Positions 35,293 through 45,266 of a DNA stretch of 64,000 bases are shown here, piece after piece. Location of the stretch: positions 4,087-68,086 of the forward strand of contig JBFMHI010000002.1 of the NCBI GenBank assembly GCA_040753085.1, given 5' to 3'. The notes below the pieces were generated by a model that saw only the letters and a program-made list of their open reading frames with translations, did not search any database and was not told where the DNA came from. The stretch is from a bacterium. Its GTDB lineage: Bacteria; UBA9089; JASEGY01. Position 1 is the first letter of the stretch, and every line of letters starts with the position of its first letter. The translations under genes were made by a program, and so were the position numbers.

Positions 35293-36117
35293 GTGCCTAT
35301 TAAGAAATGCAAACCAACTACCCCCTCCAGGCGGGGGATGTCGATAAATGTTTCTTCTGAAATTACGAGGCATAAGCCCGAAAAGTCGCTCCTTAAACCA
35401 CTTACTCGCCGCGGGGGGCGAAACGTAAATGGACGAATAACGGTCAGGCATCGGGGAGGAGGCGCCAAAAGGCGGCTGAGAGTAATTGATTTCAGAAGGG
35501 AAAAACATGGAATTGCGGCCAAGGTAGCGGCCATAGAATATGATCCTAATCGTTCGGCTAATATTGCGCTTCTTCACTATCTGGACGGAGAAAAGAGGTA
35601 TATCCTGGCTCCGGTAGGGCTTGAAGTAGGCGAGCCTCTTTCTTCGGGACCAGAGGCGGAAATTAAGCCTGGCAACGCCCTTCCCTTGAGAAATATTCCC
35701 CTGGGAAGCAGCATTCACAACATTGAAATGAAAATAGGCAAGGGTGGACAACTGGTCAGATCGGCTGGATCAGCGGCCCAGTTAATGGCTAAAGAGGGTA
35801 AATATGCCCAGGTTAAACTTCCTTCCGGTGAGGTGAGACTGATACATCTTGACTGTCTGGCCACGGTAGGTCAGGTAGGAAACTTAGAGCATGAAAATGT
35901 CTCACTGGGAAAGGCCGGCCGGTCAAGATGGTTGGGCAGACGTCCGCGGGTTAGAGGCGTGGCTATGAATCCGGTTGACCACCCCATGGGAGGCGGAGAA
36001 GGAAAATCATCGGGAGGTCGTCATCCTTGCAGTCCGTGGGGACAACTGGCTAAAGGTGCAAAAACTCGACGAAATAAGGCTACGGGTAAATTTATCATTA
36101 AGAGGAGGGGAAAATAA
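35293..36117 (+). CDS. rplB: 50S ribosomal protein L2
   Basis: [16 protein letters not shown]...; conserved C-terminal GGGEGK region. Confidence 0.95.
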   Translation: MPIKKCKPTTPSRRGMSINVSSEITRHKPEKSLLKPLTRRGGRNVNGRITVRHRGGGAKRRLRVIDFRREKHGIAAKVAAIEYDPNRSANIALLHYLDGEKRYILAPVGLEVGEPLSSGPEAEIKPGNALPLRNIPLGSSIHNIEMKIGKGGQLVRSAGSAAQLMAKEGKYAQVKLPSGEVRLIHLDCLATVGQVGNLEHENVSLGKAGRSRWLGRRPRVRGVAMNPVDHPMGGGEGKSSGGRHPCSPWGQLAKGAKTRRNKATGKFIIKRRGK

Positions 36118-36120
36118 GGG

Positions 36121-36402
36121 ATGGGTAGATCAGTTAAGAAGGGTCCTTACATCGCTGAGGAATTATTAGCTAAGATTGAAGGGATGAATAATACCGGCGA
36201 AAAGAGGGTCGTTCGAACGTGGTCAAGAAGATCCACCATTTTTCCGGAATTGGTAGGTCATACTATTGCGGTTCATAATGGACGGAAGTTCATCCCTATC
36301 TATATCAGTGAAAATATGGTGGGCCATAAATTAGGCGAATTCTCCCCGACCAGAACCTTCCGCAGCCATGCCAGGGGTGAAAAAACGACTTCCAAGAGAT
36401 AA
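36121..36402 (+). CDS. rpsS: 30S ribosomal protein S19
   Basis: [16 protein letters not shown].... Confidence 0.95.
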   Translation: MGRSVKKGPYIAEELLAKIEGMNNTGEKRVVRTWSRRSTIFPELVGHTIAVHNGRKFIPIYISENMVGHKLGEFSPTRTFRSHARGEKTTSKR

Positions 36403-36406
36403 ATCA

Positions 36407-36467
36407 AGGGCGGATTGCGGATTGCGGATTGAAGATTTTAAATCCGAAATCAGAAATCCGAAATCCG
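36407..36467. repeat. CGGATTG / AATCCGA heptamer inverted arrays in the rpsS-rplV spacer
   Basis: ggattgcggattgcggattgaagattttaaatccgaaatcagaaatccgaaatccgcaat. Confidence 0.7.
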
Positions 36468-36486
36468 CAATAATCAGGAGACTTAG

Positions 36487-36822
36487 GTGGAAACAAGAGC
36501 CATAGCCAAATATGTTAGAATCTCTCCCAGAAAGGCCAGACAGGCCATCGATCTAATCAGGGGAAAGCATGTTAGGGAAGCGATTAATATCCTTACCCTT
36601 ACCCCTAAAAAATCGGCCAGATTGGTCCAAAAGGTTTTAAAATCAGCGGTAGCTAATGCTACCCAGGGGAGCTTGGGGATGGATGAAGAAGATTTGTATA
36701 TTAAAAGGGCCTTTGTGGATGGCGGTCCAAGTTTAAAACGGACAAGACCGCAACCTATGGGACGAACAGGGAGAATACTGAAAAGAACAAGTCATATTAC
36801 GGTGGTGGTCGCCGACGAATGA
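36487..36822 (+). CDS. rplV: 50S ribosomal protein L22 (GTG start)
   Basis: L22-like sequence; operon position. Confidence 0.9.
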   Translation: METRAIAKYVRISPRKARQAIDLIRGKHVREAINILTLTPKKSARLVQKVLKSAVANATQGSLGMDEEDLYIKRAFVDGGPSLKRTRPQPMGRTGRILKRTSHITVVVADE

Positions 36823-36923
36823 ATCAGAACACAGAGCCCAGAATACAGACAAAAGCAAATCTACCATCTGTAGGTGGGGATATGGGTTCTGTCCTCTGAA
36901 TTAGGAAGGGAGATAGAAAAGGT

Positions 36924-37574
36924 ATGGGGCAGAAGGTTCATCCGATTGGGTTTCGATTGGGCTATATCTATGATTGGCAGTCGAAGTGGTTTGCTAAAAA
37001 AAATTATGTCAAGAATTTACACGAAGACCTTAATATCCGTAATTTTATTAAAAAAGAATTGGCTCAAGCCGCTATCTCTAAGGTAACGATCGAGCGGTTC
37101 GGTCAAAAGACCAGGATTAATATCCATACCGCCAGACCAGGGATTGTTATTGGTCGAGGCGGGGCCGGCGTAGAAAAACTAAGAAAGCAAGTTCAGAAGA
37201 TGACCAATGATAAAGTGCATATTGATATCCAGGAGATAAGGAGACCGGAGTTAGATGCTCAACTGGTGTCAGAAAACATTGCTCAACAACTTACGAAAAG
37301 GATTTCTTTCAGACGGGCAATGAAGCAATCAGTCACCACCGCCCTTAGACATGGCGCCAAAGGGATCAAGGTCCAATGTGCCGGAAGGCTGGGTGGCGCT
37401 GAGATCGCCCGAACAGAGTGGTATCGGGAAGGCCGGGTCCCCTTACACACTATTCGGGCTGAAATAGATTACGGTTTTTCAGAATCACCCACAACTTATG
37501 GCCAAATCGGCGTTAAGGTCTGGATATTTAAAGGAGAGGTCATGCCTAAAGGGGCGACGGAGGTGAATATCTAA
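36924..37574 (+). CDS. rpsC: 30S ribosomal protein S3
   Basis: [13 protein letters not shown]...; KH domain. Confidence 0.95.
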   Translation: MGQKVHPIGFRLGYIYDWQSKWFAKKNYVKNLHEDLNIRNFIKKELAQAAISKVTIERFGQKTRINIHTARPGIVIGRGGAGVEKLRKQVQKMTNDKVHIDIQEIRRPELDAQLVSENIAQQLTKRISFRRAMKQSVTTALRHGAKGIKVQCAGRLGGAEIARTEWYREGRVPLHTIRAEIDYGFSESPTTYGQIGVKVWIFKGEVMPKGATEVNI

Positions 37575-37592
37575 TTAGCCATTAACAATTAT

Positions 37593-37754
37593 GTAACCGT
37601 TCATCCCATAAGGCTGGATGCTGGATGCTCGATTCTCGATGTTCGATCCTCGATGCTGGATACTGGATCCTTTACCAGCATCGAGGATCGAACATCGAGA
37701 ATCGAGCATCGAGCATCGAGGATCGAGTTTGTGCCTTAGGGGCTGAACGCTTAC
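37593..37754. mobile_element. CATCGAG-family MITE with TIR GTAACCGTTCA / TGAACGCTTAC and a perfect 8-bp TSD ACAATTAT
   Basis: ACAATTAT at 37585-37592 and 37755-37762; inverted heptamer arrays around centre GGATACTGGATCCTTTACCAGC. Confidence 0.8.
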
Positions 37755-37787
37755 ACAATTATTAATTGTTAATGGTAAATTATAATT

Positions 37788-38192
37788 ATGTTATTACCTA
37801 AGCGAGTTAAGCACAGAAAAACCCACCGAGGAAGACGAAGAGGAATGGCTACTCGAGGTTCAACCTTGGCCTTTGGCGAATATGGTCTTCAGGCTATGGA
37901 ATGTTGCTGGATGACTAATCGGCAGATAGAGGCAGCCAGGGTAACAATGACCAGACATATTAAAAGGGGCGGAAAAATCTGGATCAGAGTTTTTCCGGAT
38001 AAGCCGATTACCGCTAAACCGGCTGAAACTCGAATGGGTAAAGGAAAAGGAAACCCCGAAGGATGGGTGGCGGTAATTAAGCCAGGCCGGATTCTATTTG
38101 AAATGGCGGGCGTAAGTCAAGAATTAGCCAGGGAGGCTATGCAATTAACCGCGTATAAGCTGCCTATTAAAACCAGATTCTTGGTTAGATAA
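37788..38192 (+). CDS. rplP: 50S ribosomal protein L16
   Basis: [19 protein letters not shown].... Confidence 0.95.
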   Translation: MLLPKRVKHRKTHRGRRRGMATRGSTLAFGEYGLQAMECCWMTNRQIEAARVTMTRHIKRGGKIWIRVFPDKPITAKPAETRMGKGKGNPEGWVAVIKPGRILFEMAGVSQELAREAMQLTAYKLPIKTRFLVR

Positions 38193-38223
38193 TTTAGTTT
38201 CGAGTTCGCTTTGAGGTAAGGTA

Positions 38224-38421
38224 ATGAAAATCGATGAGTTGAGACAGCTTACTTCGGAAGAGTTAGCCCAAAAAAGGCTCGATCTTTCTTCAGAATTAAT
38301 CAATCTTAGGCATCAAAGGGTCATAAGTCCCATAGAAAATCCGATGCGAATTAGAGAGGTCCGGCGGACGTTGGCTCAAGTTGAGACCTTATTTCGGGAA
38401 AGAGAGCTGGGGATAAGGTAG
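38224..38421 (+). CDS. rpmC: 50S ribosomal protein L29
   Basis: 65 aa with an L29-like helical sequence; operon position. Confidence 0.9.
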   Translation: MKIDELRQLTSEELAQKRLDLSSELINLRHQRVISPIENPMRIREVRRTLAQVETLFRERELGIR

Positions 38422-38504
38422 TCTGATCCCTATCTGACTCTAAACTGGGGAGGAACTTAGGCCGTGAGAAAATCTAAAGGTCAAAGGCTTCAAAGGGTGA
38501 AACA

Positions 38505-38771
38505 ATGAACAAACAATCCGAAATCCAGCAGCGTGGTAAAAGAAAAGTAAAGGAAGGAGAGGTGCTTTCCAATCGGATGGATAAGACGGTGGTTGTTTCT
38601 GTAGAGAGGCTAATCAGGCATCCCTTGTATGGCAAGGTGGTTAAAAAAAGGAGCAAATTCTATGCTCACGATGAGACCAACCAATGTCAAGTAGGAGATA
38701 AAGTAAAAATTATGGAAACAAGACCCCTTTCCAGGCTTAAAAGATGGCGGGTTATTGAAAGGATGAATTAA
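38505..38771 (+). CDS. rpsQ: 30S ribosomal protein S17
   Basis: ...[48 protein letters not shown]... The 5' end (atgaacaaacaatccgaaatcc) resembles the heptamer-bearing starts at 33559 and 61537. Confidence 0.9.
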   Translation: MNKQSEIQQRGKRKVKEGEVLSNRMDKTVVVSVERLIRHPLYGKVVKKRSKFYAHDETNQCQVGDKVKIMETRPLSRLKRWRVIERMN

Positions 38772-38773
38772 AC

Positions 38774-39142
38774 ATGGTTCAACAAGAGACTTATCTTAAA
38801 GTGGCTGATAATTCAGGAGCGAGAAAGATAATGTGTATTAAGGTCCTGGGCAGCACCAGGGCTCGATATGCCCGGGTAGGAGATGTCATTGTGGCCTCTG
38901 TCAAGGAAGCCACTCCCCACACCCCGATCAAAAAAGGTGAGGTGGTCAGGGCGGTAGTGGTGCGAACAGTTAAAGAAACACGGCGACCGGATGGTTCTTA
39001 TATTAAGTTTGACAACAATGCAGCGGTAATAATAAATGAGGCGATGGAACCCAGGGGAACGCGAATATTTGGGCCAGTGGCCAGAGAACTTCGGCAGCGA
39101 AATTTTATGAAGATCGTAACTCTTGCCCCGGAAGTGTTCTAA
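38774..39142 (+). CDS. rplN: 50S ribosomal protein L14
   Basis: [26 protein letters not shown].... Confidence 0.95.
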   Translation: MVQQETYLKVADNSGARKIMCIKVLGSTRARYARVGDVIVASVKEATPHTPIKKGEVVRAVVVRTVKETRRPDGSYIKFDNNAAVIINEAMEPRGTRIFGPVARELRQRNFMKIVTLAPEVF

Positions 39143-39229
39143 ATAATTAACAAGGTGGATAGGCTGAATAGTTACTTAACCATTAACCATGATCAATTAT
39201 CAATTGATAATGGTTGATCGAACATTAAA

Positions 39230-39547
39230 ATGAGATTGTCAGTCAAGAAAGGTGATAATGTTATAATCCTGGGCGGTAAAGACAGGGGGAAAAGTGGGAA
39301 GATCCTCCATGTCTTTCTCAAGAGGGAAAGAGTGATTGTAGAGGGCCTTAATTTAGTTAAAAAACATAGCCGGGTCCGGAGCGCGCAAGGTCCTGGAGGG
39401 ATTAGTGATCAGGCGGCGCCTATCCATGTGTCCAATGTGATGCTTATCTGTCCTAACTGTAATAAACCGGCGCGAGTGGGCAAAAGGAGGCTGGAAGATG
39501 AGCGAAAGGTCCGGGTTTGTAAGCGATGTTCCGAAATTATAGACTAA
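39230..39547 (+). CDS. rplX: 50S ribosomal protein L24 (variant with a C-terminal CxxC...CxxC motif)
   Basis: KOW-like N-terminus; C-terminus ICPNCNKPARVGKRRLEDERKVRVCKRC. Confidence 0.9.
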   Translation: MRLSVKKGDNVIILGGKDRGKSGKILHVFLKRERVIVEGLNLVKKHSRVRSAQGPGGISDQAAPIHVSNVMLICPNCNKPARVGKRRLEDERKVRVCKRCSEIID

Positions 39548-39610
39548 AAGCAGATAGAGATAGGGACTTGAGAGCAGAGAGGTTCTCACCCCTCTCACTA
39601 CGGGAGTCAG

Positions 39611-40153
39611 ATGATGGCGATATTAAAAGAAAAATTCAAAAATGAAGTCATTTCTGCCATGGAAAAGGAATTTAATTACGGAAATGTTTGTGCCATCCCC
39701 CGGCTAAAGAAGATTGTGGTTAATATGGGGGTGGGCGAGGCGAGTAAGAATATAAAGTTGTTAGATTCGGCGGTGGAAGAGTTGACTCAGATTGCGGGAC
39801 AGCGGCCGGTAAGGACTTACGCTAAAAAATCCATTGCCGGTTTTAAACTCCGGGCTGGAATGCCGGTCGGGTGTAAGGTTACTCTCCGAGGAAGCAGAAT
39901 GTATGAGTTCCTGTATCGCTTGATTAATATTGCCTTGCCCAGGGTTCGTGATTTTAGAGGATTGTCAAGTAAGGCCTTTGACGGTCGAGGTAATTATACC
40001 CTGGGCATTACTGAGCAGATTATTTTCCCCGAAATTAACTATGATAAGGTAGAGCACTTTCGGGGGATGGATGTTTGCATAGTTACCTCGGCTAAAACCG
40101 ATCGCGAGGGAAAGGAACTTCTCCGCTTGTTGGGGATGCCGTTTAGAGAGTAA
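39611..40153 (+). CDS. rplE: 50S ribosomal protein L5
   Basis: L5-like sequence; operon position. Confidence 0.95.
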   Translation: MMAILKEKFKNEVISAMEKEFNYGNVCAIPRLKKIVVNMGVGEASKNIKLLDSAVEELTQIAGQRPVRTYAKKSIAGFKLRAGMPVGCKVTLRGSRMYEFLYRLINIALPRVRDFRGLSSKAFDGRGNYTLGITEQIIFPEINYDKVEHFRGMDVCIVTSAKTDREGKELLRLLGMPFRE

Positions 40154-40202
40154 AGTTTCGAACGACTGGCCACTGGCAACTCGAAAGGAGAAAGTTAAGT
40201 AG

Positions 40203-40388
40203 ATGGCTAAGCTGTGTCTAAAACTTAAGGCACAACGTGAACCTAAATTTAAGGTCAGGGCTTATCATAGGTGTCCCCTTTGTGGACGTCCCCGCGCCTA
40301 TCTTCGCCGGTTCGGTATGTGCCGAATATGTTTCAGAAAGCTGGTCCTGGAAGGGAAAGTCCCTGGCGTAGTTAAAGCCAGTTGGTAA
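40203..40388 (+). CDS. rpsN: 30S ribosomal protein S14 type Z (zinc-binding)
   Basis: 61 aa, [22 protein letters not shown]. Confidence 0.95.
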   Translation: MAKLCLKLKAQREPKFKVRAYHRCPLCGRPRAYLRRFGMCRICFRKLVLEGKVPGVVKASW

Positions 40389-40421
40389 TTAAATCGTTAC
40401 CAGAAGAGGAGAAAAGATTTC

Positions 40422-40817
40422 ATGATGACTGATCCTGTGGCTGATATGTTAACGAGACTTCGGAATGCCAATTACGCTCAACACGAAAAGGTTGACATAC
40501 CTTCTTCACAACTAAAGACAGATATTGCCCGAATACTTAAACAACGAAAATTTATCAAGAGTTATAAGTTTATTGAAGATAGGAAGCAAGGCATTTTGAG
40601 GATCTATTTGAGATACGGTCCTAATAAGGAACGAGTCCTGACTAATCTTAAGCGAGTTAGCCGTCCGGGATACCGTCGCTATGTAAGGGTTGATGAGATT
40701 CCAAGGGTCTGTGGCGGTTTGGGAATAGCTATCCTTTCTACCTCTCGGGGAATCAAGAGCGATAAGGAATGTAAACGGGAGAGGATGGGGGGAGAACTCC
40801 TTTGCTATGTCTGGTAA
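40422..40817 (+). CDS. rpsH: 30S ribosomal protein S8
   Basis: [16 protein letters not shown].... Confidence 0.95.
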   Translation: MMTDPVADMLTRLRNANYAQHEKVDIPSSQLKTDIARILKQRKFIKSYKFIEDRKQGILRIYLRYGPNKERVLTNLKRVSRPGYRRYVRVDEIPRVCGGLGIAILSTSRGIKSDKECKRERMGGELLCYVW

Positions 40818-40874
40818 GCAGATAACCGAGCCCCCAAAAATTGGTGGGTGGTGGTTTAAGGAAAGGTTTTTGAT

Positions 40875-41414
40875 ATGTCACGAATAGGTCAGATGCCCAT
40901 TCCGATTCCGGATGGGGTAAAGCTAAATATTGAGGGAAGAAGGGTTTCGGTTGTAGGCCCTAAAGGGACATTAACCCAGGAGATCCCTTACCCCATTACC
41001 TGTGAAGAGAAGAATGGCCATCTGGTCGTGGAACGGCCTAATGATACCCGATCCTATAGAGCCTTGCATGGATTATCGCGAGCATTACTTAACAATATAA
41101 TCAAGGGAGTAACCGCCGGTTTCGAAAAGGTCCTTGAAATCAGTGGGGTGGGATATCGGGCTCAACTTCAAGGAAAACGCTTAACCCTTCAGATGGGCTT
41201 TTCTCACCCTGTAGTTTTTGAAGCTCCAAAAGGGGTGGAACTGGAGTTATTATCACCTACCAGGATAAAAGTTTTTGGCATTGATAAACAGTTGGTGGGA
41301 GAAGCCGCCGCCGAGATCCGGGCCATCAAAAGTCCTGAGCCTTACAAGGCCAAAGGTATCAGATATGCGGGTGAATATATCCGGCGCAAGGTAGGCAAGG
41401 CGGGCGTGAAATAA
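40875..41414 (+). CDS. rplF: 50S ribosomal protein L6
   Basis: [15 protein letters not shown].... Confidence 0.95.
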   Translation: MSRIGQMPIPIPDGVKLNIEGRRVSVVGPKGTLTQEIPYPITCEEKNGHLVVERPNDTRSYRALHGLSRALLNNIIKGVTAGFEKVLEISGVGYRAQLQGKRLTLQMGFSHPVVFEAPKGVELELLSPTRIKVFGIDKQLVGEAAAEIRAIKSPEPYKAKGIRYAGEYIRRKVGKAGVK

Positions 41415-41416
41415 CC

Positions 41417-41764
41417 ATGACGGATAAAAATATCCTTAAGGCTAAAAGAAAAAAGAGGATTCGGTCTAAGGTCCTGGGATCAAGTAATCGACCCAGGTTC
41501 AGTGTTTATAGGAGCTTGAGACATAGTTATGCCCAATTGATAGATGATGAAGAGGGAAGGACTTTAGTTTCAGCCTCCAGTACCAAGAAAGGGATTAATA
41601 CCATAAATAGAATGGAGGCGGCTAAACAGGTGGGCAAAGAAATTGCCAAACGGGCGTTAGCGGCCGGGATAGATTCTGTGGTTTTTGATAGAGGCGGTAA
41701 TCTGTATCACGGCCGGGTAAAAGCCTTAGCTGAGGCGGCCAGGGAGGAGGGATTGAAGTTTTGA
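41417..41764 (+). CDS. rplR: 50S ribosomal protein L18
   Basis: L18-like sequence; operon position. Confidence 0.9.
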   Translation: MTDKNILKAKRKKRIRSKVLGSSNRPRFSVYRSLRHSYAQLIDDEEGRTLVSASSTKKGINTINRMEAAKQVGKEIAKRALAAGIDSVVFDRGGNLYHGRVKALAEAAREEGLKF

Positions 41765-42258
41765 GTAATGATAAGTTGACCCCAGATGTCCAGCCAGTCG
41801 AATTAAGAGAAGAAGTGATTCACATTAATCGAGTAGCCAAGGTGGTCAAAGGGGGAAGGAGATTCAGTTTTTCGGCCCTGGTAGCCGTGGGTGATGGTCA
41901 AGGTCGAGTGGGCGTGGCTATAGGCAAAGCCAATGAGGTCCCTCAAACTATTAGTAAAGGGATAGAGGCGGCTAAGAAAAATATGATTGATATCCCCTGT
42001 AAAGGGACGACTATTCCTCACGAAATTGTAGGCCACTTTGGGGCGGGCAAGGTTATGTTAAAACCGGCTGCTCCAGGGACAGGAATTATTGCGGGAGGAG
42101 CGGTCCGGGCAGTAATGAAGGTGGCCGGAATCCAGGACATCTTGACCAAATCTTTAGGTAATGATAATCCCCTTAATGTAGTCAATGCTACGATGGAAGG
42201 CTTAAAACAAATAAAGCTTTTTCAAGAAAGGGCTATCCTGCGGGAGAAACCTGGATGA
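41761..42258 (+). CDS. rpsE: 30S ribosomal protein S5
   Basis: S5 dsRBD and C-terminal domain; operon position. Confidence 0.95.
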   Translation: MSNDKLTPDVQPVELREEVIHINRVAKVVKGGRRFSFSALVAVGDGQGRVGVAIGKANEVPQTISKGIEAAKKNMIDIPCKGTTIPHEIVGHFGAGKVMLKPAAPGTGIIAGGAVRAVMKVAGIQDILTKSLGNDNPLNVVNATMEGLKQIKLFQERAILREKPG

Positions 42259-42376
42259 ATGAAACCACGAATAAACACTTAGTAGTGGTCATTAGTAAGG
42301 GCCTCAAGGCCCAGTGACTAATGAGGGAGAGCTCTCTATTCGGGCCTATTCGGGTGTCTTCGTGGCTAAATTTACG

Positions 42377-42463
42377 GTAACTATTCAGCCACAAAGACAC
42401 TAAGACACGAAGATTATAAGAATTATTCTTTGTGCCTTTGTGCCTTGGTGGCTGAATAGTGAC
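42377..42463. mobile_element. GTGTCTT-family MITE (TIR GTAACTATTCAGCCAC / GTGGCTGAATAGTGAC) with a perfect 8-bp TSD AATTTACG, inserted into a CTATTCGGG/GTGTCTTCGTGGC repeat context
   Basis: AATTTACG at 42369-42376 and 42464-42471; internal arrays aaagacactaagacacgaag / ctttgtgcctttgtgcc. Confidence 0.75.
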
Positions 42464-42471
42464 AATTTACG

Positions 42472-42654
42472 ATGAATACCTTACGGATTAAGTTGATTAA
42501 GAGTCAAATCGGTCGAAAAGAAAAACAGAGGCGAACTCTGTTTGCCCTGGGCCTTCGACGACTTAACCAAACCGTGATAAAACCGGACAATCCCCAGATC
42601 AGGGGGATGGTAGCCCATGTGGTTGATATGGTAGAGGTAGAAGAAGGGAATTGA
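42472..42654 (+). CDS. rpmD: 50S ribosomal protein L30
   Basis: 60 aa, L30-like; operon position. Confidence 0.85.
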   Translation: MNTLRIKLIKSQIGRKEKQRRTLFALGLRRLNQTVIKPDNPQIRGMVAHVVDMVEVEEGN

Positions 42655-42692
42655 GTTTCGGGTTACGAGTTTTAAGAGGCAACTCGAAACTT
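42654..42692. repeat. GAGTTTC/GAAACTC heptamer inverted pair
   Basis: gagtttcgggttacgagttttaagaggcaactcgaaactt. Confidence 0.5.
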
Positions 42693-42701
42693 ATTTAAAA
42701 G

Positions 42702-43139
42702 ATGAGACTTAACGAATTAAGGCCTCCTAAAGGGGCCAAAAAGGCTAAAAAGCGGGTGGGTCGAGGGGTTGGTTCAGGCAGAGGGAAAACGGCCGGCCGT
42801 GGACACAAGGGCCAGTTAGCTCGGTCAGGCGGTAGATCACGACGGGGATTTGAAGGGGGTCAGATGCCGCTCGCCCGAAGGGTTCCTAAAAGAGGATTTA
42901 CCAGCCTTAAAAAGAAATTGTATGCGATAGTAAATGTGCAAGACTTAAACCGGTTTGAGTCAGGGGCCTTGATTACACCGGATGTGCTTAAAGAAAGCGG
43001 ACTGATAAAAGGGACCAAGTATGGGGTTAAGATTTTAGGGAAAGGCGACTTGAAGGTTCCTTTGATGGTAGGGATTGGGTGGATGAGTGAAGGCGCCAAG
43101 GCGAAAATCTTGAGGGCGGGAGGAAGCGTCGAGGGATGA
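42702..43139 (+). CDS. rplO: 50S ribosomal protein L15
   Basis: Gly/Arg-rich N-terminus typical of L15. Confidence 0.95.
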   Translation: MRLNELRPPKGAKKAKKRVGRGVGSGRGKTAGRGHKGQLARSGGRSRRGFEGGQMPLARRVPKRGFTSLKKKLYAIVNVQDLNRFESGALITPDVLKESGLIKGTKYGVKILGKGDLKVPLMVGIGWMSEGAKAKILRAGGSVEG

Positions 43140-44452
43140 TTAACAGTATTGCTAGCCCTTTTAAGGCGCCGGATTTACGAAAGCGGATTCTCTTTACCGT
43201 CGCCTTGCTTGCTGTCTATAGGGTGGGGGCCTTTGTCCCAACTCCAGGGATAAATGGGCCGGCTCTCTCCGATTGGTTTCAACAACTGAAAGGGACGATC
43301 TTCGGTTTTCTTAATCTCTTCTCCGGTGGCGCCTTCGAGCAATTTTCCGTCTTTTCCCTGGGGATTATGCCCTATATCTCTGCCTCTATCATCCTCCAGC
43401 TTTTTACCATTGTCTTTCATTATTACGAAAAGCTTTCCAAAGAAGGAGACCAGGGAAGGAAAAAGATTACGCAACATACCCGATATGGCACTATTATCAT
43501 AAGTATCATTCAGGCTCTGGGGGTCGGTTCCTACCTTCAAAGTCAGGTGGCTCCTTCCGGAGAGCCGATTGTTTACAATCCGGGTGTTAGTTTTCTCTTG
43601 ATGACGGTTCTTACCCTCACTACGGGCACGGCTTTTATTATGTGGTTAGGGGAGCAGATTTCCGATAGAGGGATGGGAAATGGGATGTCGCTGATTATAG
43701 CGACAGGTATCATCGCTAATATCCCCGGGGCCATATCCAATACTGCCAAACTTGTCTTGACCGGCGAAATGAATCTCCTATCCCTAATCGGGATCATTAT
43801 CGTTATCGTGGCGGTTACGGCGGCCGTAGTGATTATGCTCCAGGGACAGCGCCGAATTCCGGTTCAATATGCCAAGCGGGTGGTGGGACGCAAGGTTTAT
43901 GGGGGGCAGAGCACCCATATCCCTCTTCAGATAAATCCGGCCGGGGTTATCCCGGTTATATTTGCCGCGGCTATCCTCGATTTTCCCAGGACAGTAGCTC
44001 TCTTCTTTAGTCAGAAAAACGTCATTGTGAGCACCTTTGTTAATATGTTCAGCCGGGAACATGTAGTTTATTCCCTTTTTTATTTTGTTATGGTTATTTT
44101 CTTTACCTACTTTTATACGGCCATTGTTTTTAAACCCGATGAGGTGGCTGACAATATGCGTAAATACGGGGGTTTTGTGCCGGGTATTCGTCCGGGCAAA
44201 CCCACCGCTGACTATATCGAAAGGGTATTGAGCCGAATTGTCCTGGTGGGAGCGGTATTTTTAGCCTTGATTGCCCTGCTTCCTTCCATTCTTTATATGA
44301 GCCTGAAAGTGCCCTTTTGGTTCGGAGGTACCTCACTTTTAATTGTAGTGGGGGTAGTGCTGGATACGGTGAAACAGATTGAATCACAGCTCTTAATGAG
44401 TCATTATGAAGGATTTCTGAAGAAGGGCAAGTTAAGGGGACGGTTGAGGTAA
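43136..44452 (+). CDS. secY: preprotein translocase subunit SecY
   Basis: 438 aa, 10 predicted TM helices, SecY-like sequence; operon position. Confidence 0.95.
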   Translation: MINSIASPFKAPDLRKRILFTVALLAVYRVGAFVPTPGINGPALSDWFQQLKGTIFGFLNLFSGGAFEQFSVFSLGIMPYISASIILQLFTIVFHYYEKLSKEGDQGRKKITQHTRYGTIIISIIQALGVGSYLQSQVAPSGEPIVYNPGVSFLLMTVLTLTTGTAFIMWLGEQISDRGMGNGMSLIIATGIIANIPGAISNTAKLVLTGEMNLLSLIGIIIVIVAVTAAVVIMLQGQRRIPVQYAKRVVGRKVYGGQSTHIPLQINPAGVIPVIFAAAILDFPRTVALFFSQKNVIVSTFVNMFSREHVVYSLFYFVMVIFFTYFYTAIVFKPDEVADNMRKYGGFVPGIRPGKPTADYIERVLSRIVLVGAVFLALIALLPSILYMSLKVPFWFGGTSLLIVVGVVLDTVKQIESQLLMSHYEGFLKKGKLRGRLR

Positions 44453-44463
44453 TTAATAATTGG

Positions 44464-44597
44464 TAACCGTTCATCCCATGAGGCTAGAGGCTCGATCCTC
44501 GATGCTCGATGCTGGTAAAGGATCCAGTATCCAGGATCGAGCATCGAAGATCGAGCATCGAGTGGGTGTTTTTGTGCCTTACGGGCTGAACGCTTAT
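44464..44597. mobile_element. CATCGAG-family MITE (TIR GTAACCGTTCA / TGAACGCTTAT) with a perfect 8-bp TSD AATAATTG
   Basis: AATAATTG at 44456-44463 and 44598-44605. Confidence 0.8.
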
Positions 44598-44621
44598 AAT
44601 AATTGTTAATTATTAAGAAGG

Positions 44622-45266
44622 ATGAGACTAATACTTTTAGGCCCTCCAGGGTCAGGCAAGGGAACTCAAGCTAAGTTTTTGATGACCAGCCACGGTATCC
44701 CTCAGATATCTACCGGTGATATATTGAGGGAAGCCGTGGCTAAAGGCACCAAATTAGGCCAGGAAGCAAAGGCTTATATGGAAGAGGGAAAACTGGTGCC
44801 CGATAAGCTCATCGTAGATATTATTAGAGAGAGGTTAGTAAAACCGGATTGTAAGAAGGGTTTTATCCTTGACGGGTTCCCTCGGACCCAGGCCCAGGCC
44901 GAGGCCTTACGGACCACCCTGGCTGAGATGGGTATCTCACTTTCTGCCGTCCTTAACATTCAGGTGGATGAACCTACCCTGGTTAGAAGACTTTCCGGGA
45001 GAAGGATTTGTCGTGATTGTCAAACCCCCTACCATATAGATTTTTCTCCACCTAAGATTTCTAATAAGTGTGATAAATGCGATGGGGAACTCTACCAGAG
45101 GAAGGACGATAAAGAAGAAGTAATTAAAAATCGACTGAAGGTCTATCTTGATCAAACAGAACCACTAATCAAGTATTATAAAGACCTGAGCGGGGTGCTT
45201 AAAGATATAGATGGAAAGGGAGAGATCGAGGAGATCTTTGATCGAATCGTAAGCGTCCTGAAATGA
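44622..45266 (+). CDS. adk: adenylate kinase (zinc-binding lid CRDC...CDKC)
   Basis: P-loop GPPGSGKGT; Cys4 lid. Confidence 0.95.
   Translation: MRLILLGPPGSGKGTQAKFLMTSHGIPQISTGDILREAVAKGTKLGQEAKAYMEEGKLVPDKLIVDIIRERLVKPDCKKGFILDGFPRTQAQAEALRTTLAEMGISLSAVLNIQVDEPTLVRRLSGRRICRDCQTPYHIDFSPPKISNKCDKCDGELYQRKDDKEEVIKNRLKVYLDQTEPLIKYYKDLSGVLKDIDGKGEIEEIFDRIVSVLK

Noticed and set aside
35215-35751. Minus-strand 178-aa ORF overlapping rplB
   Set aside because: Antisense to the highly conserved L2 gene; no features.
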